Assembly: GCA_047967505.1 (NCBI GenBank)
Contig: CM106538.1
Strand: one strand, 5' to 3'
DNA: 64,000 nucleotides
Source: Dipteris shenzhenensis
Taxonomy: Eukaryota
Shown here: one piece after another, positions 1-11,870 of the stretch
Layout of the letters: every line of letters starts with the position of its first letter
Position numbering within the stretch: the stretch's first letter is position 1
Notes under the pieces: model-generated
Database searches by the model: none
What the model was told of the DNA's origin: nothing
Seen by the model: only the letters and a program-made list of their open reading frames with translations
Made by a program: the position numbers and the translations under genes

Positions 1-29
1 TAAAAGAAGCTAGAAAGATTTGACTGATT

Positions 30-275
30 TGAAAGAAGCTAGCAAGATTTGGTTGCACAGCCAAATCTCTCCAGACCCTAGTGCTTTGAAAGAAGCCCAC
101 AAGATCTGGGCATAAGGCCAAATCTCCCCAAACTTTGGTGCTTTGAAAGAAGCCCATATGATTTGGCCACACATCCAAACCTCCCCTTCTAGTGCTTTAA
201 AAGAAGCCCATAAGATTTGGCCACACGGCCAAATCTCCCTAGTGCAACCAAATCTCCCTAGAATCTAGTGCTTTC
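30..275. repeat. Tandem array of about four 54-58 bp units, each with an AGATTTGG-N7-8-CCAAATCT inverted repeat
   Basis: Units of the form GAAAGAAGC..AGATTTGG..CCAAATCTCC..TAGTGCTTT start at about 30, 88, 146 and 199. Confidence 0.85.
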
Positions 276-500
276 TCAAATCTACTACTATGTCTAGAGT
301 CAATTCTAGATTCTATTTTAGACACAAATGTGAAGAAGGTTGAGAAAGTTGTAAGTGGATTTGGAGAAAAAAGCATACCTTGGTACTTTGACATATATAG
401 TATTGAGGGAGCATAGTTAACACGAGTTCACTTATTTGTTTTGTTACCTAATAAAAGTGCATACACTTGTGTTGGATCGGCACATTAAATCACTGAAGAT

Positions 501-3084
501 GTGGTTGGAAAAGAGGGAGATATTGGATTGTTGACCATTATAAATCAAAAATTTCTCTTGGATCCCAGTGATTATGAAGCATCTCGTATGAAGTCTGATG
601 TAGATGACAACATGCACTCAAGAGGCTTGATAAGTGTTGAATCAATTGATGGAAATAAAATTGACACAGTGACAACAATGATTGAATCATATCGCAAAGT
701 TTTAGCAACATTAAAAAAGTGTAAGAGTGGGGAAGGAACAGAGAAAGGAAAGTCGACTATGGTTCAAGCACCAGGTGGTAGCAGAGAAGGGGCAAAGAAA
801 GGAAAGCTAACTGTAGTTGATGTACCACAAGAAGGAACACCTCCAGAGGGTATGCTAGCAGTTGTGGAAAGAAGCAGTGGTAGTGAATTGTAGCCAAGTG
901 GAAAGGTCATAGGAAAAAAAGAGCAAAAGAAACCATCAAGCTTGGTGGAATATGAAAAATACTATCCATTCGGGTTGCATGCAAGATTTCCAATTCCGGT
1001 TGCAAGATGTGTATATAGAGGGTTGAACAAAGAGCATGTCGAGAAGCTTGCTACAGACTTTGGTTATAACTCTAGGCCTCCTACTACTGTAGCGGATTTA
1101 ATGCCTTTCAATCCTAAAACAAAGCAGCCCCTGGAAAGGGTAGATAAAAAGGATTTAACCAAGTGCCACTACTGGATACTATCTGGACAACATTCAGTAT
1201 ATGCTACTAAAATATTCACAGCTAATGGTGATAACAGCACGGTCCAAAGAAAGAACTACTACCACACCCACCAGGCGAGGATTGTAGTGAATTGTCCCGC
1301 ACGCTTTTGTGTGGAGATATCAAAGATGGCAAACCTGGAGTCTCAAAATATCTTGAGACAATCTCCATACATTGATATACTTAAGCAGGTGAGGGGACAA
1401 TGGATTCTCTTTAACAAACCCAAGAAAGCACAATAAGGGCTTGCAAAAGGACATCCAGATCGTGAGAATTGGGATGTAAGTACAGATTTTAATTATGAAT
1501 CATTTTTTACAAGTCTGTTTTCTTAATTATTGCATTCTAATGGATTTTTATCTTTTGTAGGCTTTCATTGACACTGGCAAGGTAACATTGGGCAATAGCT
1601 TTGCCACGAAGGATGTACATATGATAATCATAAGCGATGTCATTTATGATGGTTGGATCTCCATCCTTGAGGATTACATTGCAGGAAAATATTCACAAGA
1701 TGGAAAATGCTATAGGTAACCCATAGTCTCAATGTTTAGATGCTTGCATGGATTGAGTGATGACCAAATTAGTCAAATTCAAAATGACATTAAGGAAGGT
1801 AGAGTAGTCATAGCTAAAACAAAGACTGATGCCATGATTCTTGATATTGAAGGATGAGCTATGCAGATCAAGAGAGATGCTGCACTATAAGAAGAACTTT
1901 ATATGTTTATATCGGCAGAACAACCTTCCTTAATGTTAAAAAATTGGGATGAGTGCAGATTACATTTTAAAATTACTCTAGAATTGTATCATCAGATTTG
2001 TGGTTGTTCTAACTCATGGTTAAAAGTGAAGGGCAAGTAGCCAATCATGATGTGATTGTGTTGTTTGACTCAGCATCAACACACAATGTAATCAACTCGA
2101 AGACTGCATGTTGTTTCTTAGAGAGATTTTTGATAAGGAAACTCCACCATTGCCTGATGCTGCAAAGGGGTATCTGAGGTGGATTATGGGACAAAGTGAA
2201 GGTGCAAGTCATCCACCTGGCCTTGGAGGCTCTACACAGTCGGTTCAAACATGGAGGGTATGGAATTTATACATAATGTGTACCAAGAGCAAATGGCAAT
2301 AGGGGTTGCTTTTTTGGATGTAATGTATGGACCAAGCAGAAGTAGAAATTGGAACGAGGATCGCTTTGAGTGTTTGTTGAAAATCTTGATGACAATCACT
2401 TCTCCCCCAGTGCAATTCCTTCTTGTGGTGTTCTTGACCATGGATCATGTATCATGTTTGAAGAATGCATTAAATAAGACATGCAGACAATATAAAATAC
2501 ACTTCGATTGCCTTAATTTTGAAACTACAGATATATTTGTCACTGGATCTATGGATGGCTTAATTGCCTGTGTACTGGCAAGCAAGGAAAAGCATTTCAA
2601 CAATATTGAGCGCTATACCAATGCATAATGTAAGCCATCAATATATGTTGCACGTGAAAAATATGAAAAATCAAGTGGTGCAGAAGAATTAGCTGATGAG
2701 GATGATGATGATGAATTTGACATTGAATTGTCCTTGAAAAGAAAACGTTCAAGTATCATGAAAGACATGATCATGGGTTTCTGTCAAGAAGATGAGTATG
2801 TATTAGACTTGTTCTCTGAGGGGCTTGCTGCAATAGAGTCTCTTTCATGTAAGAGGCGTGTTGTTTTAGTTGTTGAGACTTATGAGGAGTTGGCAAAGGT
2901 TGAAAGTATATGTTGCATGTATGCTTACAGTAATCATGAAATTCGACAATGGGCTAGCTTGCAAGAACCAATATTGGCAATAGAGGGGGTACCAAAAGAA
3001 GATGATACAACTGAAGGTGGAGGGGATAAAGAAATTGATACCATACTAGGACAAAAAGAGCTTCAACCCTTCAATGAAGAGTAG
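501..3084 (+). pseudogene. Decayed gene: putative ParB/Srx-like N-terminal domain, helical middle region, beta-class amino (N6A/N4C) DNA methyltransferase-like C-terminal domain
   Basis: ORFs 501-893 and 942-1436 are in frame across a TAG. There is a GT-AG intron at 1476-1560, and the frame then continues through single stops. Motifs: YWILSGQHSVYA (~1170-1205, ParB-like), GVAFLDVMYG (DVMYG at 2317-2331, DPPY-like motif IV) and EDEYVLDLFSEG..KRRVVLVVE (~2790-2880, motif I FxGxG-like). Motif order IV then I is that of the beta class. Confidence 0.55.
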
Positions 3085-3890
3085 CATGAGCATTTACAAA
3101 AACACGCTTCAAAGTTTTGGGAAACAGAAGAGGAAGCAACAAGTCCTTGAAATTGTCCTTTTATATACTATTTGTGTTTTCCATATGTTATCTTGCTATA
3201 TTCTCCATATGATGTATTAATTTTGTTCCAAAGATATTTTAATATTACTTGGAAATTTCTTCTATCTCATTGCCATAATTCAAATATTCATATATATTCT
3301 TGAATATGTTTAATTGTCTATATTTCATGAAAAGATGTGTTTGCATGTTGTAATACCTTCGGAGTGTGATACACATCCAAATTTATTTATGAGTTCATAA
3401 ATGTTAAAAAGTGTGTTGAGTCTTGATCGTGATGAATGAATTAGTGTAAATTGTTGTTTCTATCCTTATTCACTTCATATGAATGTTCAAATATGTTTTG
3501 GCCACTTGGCCAAATCTTTTCTTAGTGGGAACACTCAGGCAATGCTAGATAATGTTGGACTCCACTCTATCTATTATGCAAAGGTTTTTGGCATTGTAAG
3601 GATATGTAGTTTTGGGGATTAAAATAACTTGAAAGGATATAGATTCAACAACTTTAGGGGGTATACTAAGCATATAAACATGAATGCTTTCTTTTTTTTA
3701 GTAATCCAATTTTGTTTTGAAAAAGAAAAACATGAATGCTTTCACACAAACAAATTGCATTAATAGCACACAACCTAAAGTTTGACAATTTGGTTTTCCA
3801 TCTCAATCTTCAGTTTGTTTCTACTTATGAATTTCATTTCCTTGTTTATCAACAGATCTTGGCCATCTCAATTTCACATCGCTAGAAGCA

Positions 3891-5141
3891 TTGCCTATAC
3901 ATGTGACATCTAATCCAATGATTCGTTATGTGCCTAATTTGAACATTAGCATGCAAGTTCCAAGCTCAACATGGTTGATTGAAAATGTTGAGGATGCAAT
4001 GTCTGGAGTTAATATTCCATTAACAAATGTGGATGCAAGCTTAGAAGGTAAAGGAGAAGATGCAATGTCATTGTATGAAGCCAAGGTGCAAGAAGAAATC
4101 TTAGAAGGTAAAGGAGAAGACATAATGTCATCCTCAGAGATAATGTCAAAAGAGGTGATAACAAAAATAAGACTAGCAGTGATAATAGATTTGAAAGGGT
4201 TATTACTCGAGCGTTGTTTTTTGAAGTCAAATAAACATATGAGCTTGCACAATGGGAAGCATTGGATTGTTCTTTGTCTTGGGTGTTTAGAGTTTCTACA
4301 ATGTTGCTCGATCACAACCATGTTGGCATTTGGTCCATTGGAGGAGAAAAGTGCATGGTGCAACACATGCTGGAAACTTTGGAGCATCATGTTAAATGAA
4401 AGTTACATTTCTTCATGGTTTGGGGTGCGATGGCATGCCACAAGCATACAAAGAGTAGAATCATTCAACCAGATAGGATGAATGTGGAAGCAGAGTTTAA
4501 ACCACTAATGAGAGTGTGGTGTTGTTTTAAAGAGGAATGCAAACCGGCAAGAACAGTGTTCATTGATGTTTTGCCTTACACGGGTTGTGTTAATCCAGCA
4601 AAAAATTGCATTTTCCCTACAAAATTTGATATAGATTGTGGTGATTCTATTTTGCTTCATGAGTTATTACCATACCTACATATGCTAGATGATGTAGTAG
4701 ATGTGCATAGTGCCATCTCTTCTAACAGATTTGGTCAAGCTCCGATTGTTGAAGGGCATGATATGTTCTATTATTTTCAACTAGTGATCCTTGAATTCAA
4801 AGAAAAAAACAAAGAAGTGCTCGAAAGGATATATCGAATCTCATATGTCTACTCGTAGTTCAAAAAAAGACACAAAGAAAGGTATTACTTCACCTATAAC
4901 CAAAACTAGAGTGAGAGGGACTTGTCCTACTACAAGAAGTATGGTGCATGCTCAACATGTTACATTGAATGAAGAGGAAGAGTGCATGCTAGGAAAAATT
5001 GCCAAAATGGGGCCATTGAAAGATAGTGAGGCAAAATGCTTTGCTATGGTTCTTGGATGCAAGGAAAGAGGAATCACTACTGATGCTGCAAGGGCATTCT
5101 TAGCCAACTTGATTCGATTTTATTGCATAGACAACCCTTAG
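3891..5141 (+). pseudogene. FCP1/NIF-like HAD-family phosphatase, frameshifted
   Basis: VIIDLKGLL (~4180-4205, DLxGLL HAD motif I), GCLEFL followed by VGIWS in a shifted frame, FKPLMRVW, and TVFIDVLPY..NPAKNCIFP (cf. IDDSPYK..NP..IFP of plant NIF-domain proteins). Confidence 0.75.
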
Positions 5142-6099
5142 TGAATCTGAGTGATCTTGTTAATTAGAGTTGCAGACACAAATGCTCAGCTAAAACATTT
5201 TTTGGTTCATGTAGCAAGAATGGATGTCCTATTGGCTATTGGAGAACTAATCATCGCTCCCTCTCTTGGCTGAAGTCTTAACTTGATTAGGTAAACATGA
5301 CTTTGGAAGGATTCTGTTAAAGAGATTTCTGTAGGACAGTCATGAAATGGCTGCAAATGCAGTGAACAGCAAACGAGCGTTCATACTAAAACACAGTTTA
5401 TGAACAGTTCACACAAAGTGAGAGAGCTTGAGAACAACTTATCATGCAAGAGTACATAGGGGTAGTTATGGATTTATGTTTAGTTCCTAGTTAATATAAT
5501 TAAGATCCACACACTAAGTTCAGAAGCGTCATCTAGATTGCGAAAAGGCTTTCAGCCATCCCATCACCTTCTTTTGAATCAAAAAGGAGTTTAAGGCCAT
5601 CACAATTTATCATTTCCCACCTCATTTCATCAAGGCTGATCCTTCATCCCATCACATCCAATATTCTTATTATAAAGAATTATGGAATACAATATAGAGT
5701 AAAATAATGCACTAAAATAAGCGAATATAGGGCTAGAGTACCTACAACATCTTTCGGGGGGGTCACTAAGCAATATGTAAGATAGCAAATGCAATCACTG
5801 AAAGGGGTTTTATATTTTTATGAAGTTACATAAAATATACATACAAAAGGGATTTCTTAATTCAAAAAGTGAAATTTTTTTACATAAGGGATAGTTTTAT
5901 CATTTAAAATTACATAGAAGGGGTGTTACATAGGCTATAAAAATCCAGCAATAGGGGGTTTTCCTAATACCCCTTGATCGCACGGATGGACATAAATGCT
6001 TGTAAGTTATCTAGGTTAGCCTTTTGGTGAATGTGCATTGCTCTACAAAACATAGCTACTTCTACAAGCAATGTAAAATGGTAAAATGAGAGTAGCTCA

Positions 6100-6870
6100 C
6101 CCTATTTACTTTGCAAAATTATAGGGAAAAATGAGACTAATCCCAATTCTTTTAAACTCTCTCATCACAATTTTTAACTGTAATCAGAATTCCCCAATAT
6201 TCCTCGACCTAGCTTAAAACTGTTTTCCCTAAAGAAATATTATCTGTCAGGGTGGTCACTATATCACGTGCATTCAAGCCCTATTTTGTAAACTACCTTA
6301 TCTATAAAATTTTCATTAACCAAATAGGGCCTCCAAGAGATGTCTTTACAAGATGCACCATTGTTGGTCCTGTTGTTTACTCCTAGTAGCAAATCTTTGC
6401 TTGATTGGGCCCAATTTCTCACTCGTATAGATGCCTCAAGTAAGAGGCCTAGCTCGCTTGCACTAAACAATATGGGCAATGACTCAATCAATTCTACACG
6501 AGAATTAATGATGTCATTCTAATGTAGAAAAAATCTTTTGAAACTTCCCACTTCCTCTTCATTTCCATGGTCTCAAGCTTCTTCAATGTATCGCCATTGC
6601 TCAAAGAAAGCAATAAAAAGCTATGTGGTTGATTGTGTATGCTCCCTTTCTTGAAATGTCTCCATATGCTCCCCATTCATCAGCAATGGTGGATGTTGCA
6701 ATCCAATACAAACATCATCAAGGCCAAAGATATTAATATGCCCCTCTTTTGGTATGATTTCTTCTTCTGGAATAGCGATGTCAATACATAAAAGAATGTA
6801 TTTTTCCATTGTCCAAGCTTTATGTAACATTATTGCGCAACCAAGGCACCTAAGCTTACCTTTCTCCAAT
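6100..6870 (-). pseudogene. Unidentified decayed coding region
   Basis: Chain of abutting or overlapping minus-strand ORFs (6621-6869, 6494-6676, 6264-6491) with protein-like composition; no family recognised. Confidence 0.3.
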
Positions 6871-8257
6871 TTTAGATTGGATGCGTCAATTTTACGAGCA
6901 AAAACCTATGAGCAGGTTTATCCGAGCGTGTTTTTCAAGAGATTTTTAAAAATGTTTTTCTTTAGGAAACATGGTTTTTACACTTTTATTTTCACTAGAA
7001 CTAGATCCCTTTATCATAAAAATATACAGACTAGTCACTCATTCATTTTTACACAACATAATTTTCTTATTTAGAGACATCCCTTTGTACCCCTGTTATT
7101 ACCTTAAAAAAGTGTTGATTCCTTTAAGAAACATTCCTCATAATCACTCTCAATGTAATAATACTATGCATATATAATTACTTATTAACACATTTATATC
7201 ATATGGCAATATCTTTTTAGTGTTTTTATAGCATATTTATGGACATGTTTCTAAAGAAGTTTAAATTACTATAAATAAGTATTAACTTGGGCTTATATAT
7301 CACTCTCACAAAATACATGTAATATTTAATACTATATATGGAAGATTTTCGAAAATATAACTTCATAGATGTGCTCAAATGGGGTGTTCCGATCAATTTG
7401 AGTGGTTGAATGACTATATTTGGACATTGGATATGAAAGTTATGTCACTTTTAAAAGTGCTGTCCAAGGTAGTTTCGCCAGCGAAACTACCTTGGGAGAC
7501 TTGCTTCAAAGGGGTTTCGCTGGCGAAACTACCTGGATGGCTTACTTCAATGAGTTTTCTTTGAAGAAACTCTTTCATGAAGATAGGTTGAGAGAGGGTT
7601 TTCAATGTCACCCCCTATTAAGTAAAAGTTGTAAGAAGGATCATAAGGGAATTTTCATAGAGAAGTCTACTCTACATGTGGGTTTCTTCAAAAGCCATCC
7701 CATTATGCTCTCACCATTCCTACAGATTCACCTAAATATTTTTGTATAAAATAGGCATTGCTATAATACTTTGCATATTTCTAAGTGAAACTATGTTTTC
7801 TTCTGATCGATTTTTGCCATATTTATGCATAGTGGGAAGCTTTTTTTTTCCTTCGCTCGGACGCTCGGAAGATTTCGCTCAGAAAATGCTCGTCCCCTTT
7901 TAGATTTCCTCCTAATATATGAATCCCTTTCCCTCTCCTCAGTACTCACTTGGCACTAATCTGAAATGATGGGCATGAGCAAAAAATATTTTACTTTGAC
8001 ATGAATGGAACTAATCTTCTCCCCTCTCTCACACCTTGGCCTTTTTGGGGGAATTTGCCTTTTGTCCATGCTTGGGATGAAATGGGCTTGAAAGAGGTGG
8101 AGAACAAGGGAAGGAGGGGGGAAAATCTGAGCAAGTAAAGAGCAAAGAAGCAGACGGATTGTAAGATGAAGCTCATGAAGAATAAAAATAAGTTAGAAAA
8201 GAAAAATGTAAAAATCCAAACTACGCTTTTGGGCTTAGATCATAAAATAGATCAAAA

Positions 8258-10468
8258 TGTTAGATATCAATGCTCCACTCTGGTGTAACTCTGCAGGAAC
8301 TACTTGTAAGCCCCCCATATGAGGAGAAGGCATTTGAGTAGCTAGGTTATCTAGTAGGTCCTGGTTTAGACACCAAATGGGGGCCATGTGTGGCCTGATG
8401 GCTAGACAACTTTAGATAAAGTTGGCACACTGCCAACTAGGCTACATGCAAGTGTGGGAAGGCATCCCATGACTGACCGCACTAAGGGTAGATGGAGCAT
8501 TTCTCAAGGCAGCCCACCTCGGGTTGCATGGCCCGTTTGGAGCCCCAGATGAGGCTTTGGGCCAAACGGACACCGTAGGTTAGTTGCTCTATTCTATGCC
8601 ACGATTCTATTGTGTGGTCAGTGGCCTAATTTGGGACGATTGTCAGACGTTTTGGGCTGACTGGGTCGGTCTCCCAATTGGGTCTAATCGATTACGACTA
8701 GTGGCTATATAAGAGTAAGCTCATGAAGCCCATCATCATCACTGGCTATAGCAACCCTGATTCCTTAGCATCCAACCTCCGTCATCTACTATTTCTAGCA
8801 TGCCATTGAAGCTTCTCACATAGGAGTGCATTGCTGGGAGGCAGCGCCATCTATTGTATCAGTTTTATGGTAATCAACTTTTTGATTCTCCATACTATCT
8901 GCTTTTCTCTCTTGCATACGAGATCTTGTTATTTGTTGAGCACAGACGTTGTATTATTTTCTTACATGGTATCAGAGCTTGGGCTCTAGCAAGAAGATTC
9001 GGTATTGTGTTTCTGTTTGCGAGCAAATTGTGAGAGATAGCCTAGCCCACAAGATTGCAAATCCCACCATTCAGTGAAAGCGAAAAGTTAGACGACACTA
9101 ACTATCCACTCTGGAAGTTCAAGATAAAGACCATCCTAAGCGCATACGAGCTTCGGGATACTGCTATTGGGGTGGATGTGAAGTCGGTTGCAAGACTGGA
9201 TCTAGCCAATGCAAGACAACAGATAGTACCAACTGCGGATCAGATTCTCGCGTGGACAAGAAGAAATGCAGATGCGCAATGTTCTATTGTCTGCAGGTTA
9301 AGTGATTCTATCATGGCATTAATTCAACATGTCACCACAGTGGAGGAGGCATGGACATCTTGAAAATCAGTACGAGACCATGAATCATATGCGGATTCAG
9401 AATCTAGAGACTCAACTCATGAACGAGAAACTGTCCAAGTCTGAAACGGTAGAGAAGTTCATCACTAGGGTGATGCGTGATCAGATGACTGCGATTGGCA
9501 TCACCATCACCAGCGAGAATCTAGCACAAAGGTGAATACGGATTCTCCCACCAAAGCATGATGGTCTTGTTATGGCCCTGAATACGCTGAGCAGAAATCC
9601 GCCCCTCAACTTTGAGGATTTTAGTGCAATGCTTCTGGAGGAGGAGACTCTTGGAAGAGACTTGTTGGAGAGGCATCTTCATTGACTTGGCATTGAGCCG
9701 AAAAAGTAAGTTTACTTGCAGGTGGACATTGAGGGGGGGTGTTAGATATCAATGCTCCACTCTTGTGTAACTATGTGGGAACTAGCTAACTCTACTTGTA
9801 AGCCCCCCATATGAGGAGAAGGCATTTGAGTAGCTAGGTTATCTGGTAGGTCCTGGTTTGGACACCAGATGGGGGCCATGTGTGGCCTGATGGCTTGACG
9901 GCTTTGGATAGAGTTGGCACACTACCAACTAGGCTACATGCAAGTGCGAGAAGGCATCCCATCATAGACCGCATTGAAAGTAGATGGAGCATTTCCCGGG
10001 GTAGCCCACTCTTGGGTTGCGGGGCTGTTTGGAGCCCCAGATGATCCCGGACGGCTCTAGGCCAAACGAAGACCGTAGGTTAGTTGCCCTACTCTACGCC
10101 ATGGTTCTATCGTGGTCGGTGGCTATTTTGGGACCGACATCCAGTCTGCCATTTTGGGCCGACTGGGTCAGTCTCCCAATTGGGTCTAACTGACTATGTC
10201 CGGTGGCTATATAAGGGCAAGCCTGTGAAGCCCATCATCATCACTGGCTATAGCAAACCTGATTCCTTAGCATCCAACCTCCGTCCTCTACTATTTCCAG
10301 CACACCATCGAAGCTTCTCACACAGGAGTGCATGGCTGGGAGGCAGTGCCATCTACTGTATCAATTTTATAGTAATCAAATTTTTGATTCTCCATACTAT
10401 CTGCTTTTCTCTCTTGCATATGAGATCTTGTTATCTGTTGAGCATAGACGTTGTATTGTTTTCTTACA
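8258..10468 (+). mobile_element. Ty1/copia family A, internally deleted non-autonomous copy
   Basis: LTRs 8258-8966 and 9740-10468 (TGTTAG..CTTACA), TSD CAAAA on both sides, PBS TGGTATCAGAGC 8967-8978, PPT GAGGGGGGG before the 3' LTR. Gag remnant at 9055-9647 is fused to the last codons of RNase H. Confidence 0.95.
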
Positions 10469-10940
10469 CAAAATTCACACCGTTAAATTTGTATGAAATC
10501 AATGTGCATGATTATGACAAGTGTCTTCATGAGGATTGAGAAAACCCAAACCTTCTATAGGCTGCCTTGCATAAAGAGTTAGTAAGCACAATCAGTTTTG
10601 TTCTTTACTAGATTTCAGAAAATGGAGTATTAAAATATATACAATATTAAAGAGGGGAAAAATAAAGTGTGAGCATGTGTGCGTTTCATGAATGCAACAA
10701 TTAGATTTTGTTTATTGAAAATATTAGTTTTTACAAAATATTCATCCCAAACTTTTGTAGACTAATAAGACCTCTAATGAATGTAAATAATGCACATGAG
10801 TTTGATTGGATAATAGAATCTTATAATATGAATTTGATATTTTTGCTTTTCCAAAAACCGAGGTCAAAACACACAACCAAAAAAAATAAAAATTTGAAGT
10901 ATTTCTTATTTTTTGACCAGCCAATGTTGAGATTTGTATT

Positions 10941-11675
10941 TGTAAGAAAATAATACAACGTCTGTGCTCAACAGATAATAGGATCTCATACGCAAGAGAG
11001 AAAACAAGATAGTATGGAGAATCAAAAATTTGATTACTGTAGAACTGATACAATAGATGGCGCTGCCTCCCAACCGTGCGCTCCTGTGAAAGAAGCTTCG
11101 ATGGCATTCTGGAAACAGTAGAAGATGGAGGCTGGATGCTAAGGAATCAGGGTTGCTATAGCCAGTGATGAAATGAGCTTCACGGGCTTGCTCTTATATA
11201 GCCACTAGTCATAGTCGGTTAGGCTCAATCGGGCGACCGACCTAGTCCACCCAAAACGGTCGACTGGGGGTCGGTCTTGAAATAGACCATTGACCATACG
11301 ATAGAACTGGTGCGCAAAACAGATCAACTTACCTACGGTTTCCGTTCGGTCCAGAGCCATCCGGGATCATTTGAGGCTCCAAACGGGCCCCACAACCCGA
11401 GAGTGGTGGGCTGCCCTGAGAAATGCTCCATCTATCCTCAGTGCAATCAGTCAAGGGATGCCTTCCCACACTTGCATGTAGCCTAGTTGGTGGTGTGCCA
11501 ACTCTATCTGAGGCCGTCCAGCCATCAGGCCACACATGGCCCCCATCTGGTATCCAAACCAGGACCTATCGGATAACCGAGCTACTCAAATGCCTTCTCC
11601 TCATATGGGGGGCTTACAAGTAGAGTTAGCTGGTTCCTGCATAGTTACACGAGAGTGGAGCATTGATATCTAACA
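10941..11675 (-). mobile_element. Solo LTR, copia family A
   Basis: Reverse complement of the family A LTR; flanks GTATT/GTATC (TSD with one mismatch); no PBS or PPT adjacent. Confidence 0.93.
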
Positions 11676-11687
11676 GTATCAATAAGT

Positions 11688-11870
11688 ATGAGCCCTTAAA
11701 ATTTGAAGTAGTGGGGTTTACATAAATGTGGAAGCCAAGGAACCATCAGTGGGGTTTCTATCATTTGTATGAGCCCTTAAATTTTGAATTAGTGGGGTTT
11801 ACATAAAGTATGAGCCCTTAAAGTTTTTAATCAATGAGGTTTACATAAATGTGGAAGCCAAGGAACCATA
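11688..11870. repeat. Short degenerate tandem repeat (TATGAGCCCTTAAA..GTGGGGTTTACATAAA)
   Basis: TATGAGCCCTTAA occurs three times and GTTTACATAAATGTGGAAGCCAAGGAACCAT twice. Confidence 0.7.

Noticed and set aside
10084-10539. ORFs recurring in family A LTRs (also 11329-11623, 12809-13157, 25280-26018)
   Set aside because: Lie in LTRs, frames are not conserved between copies, and there are no recognisable domains.
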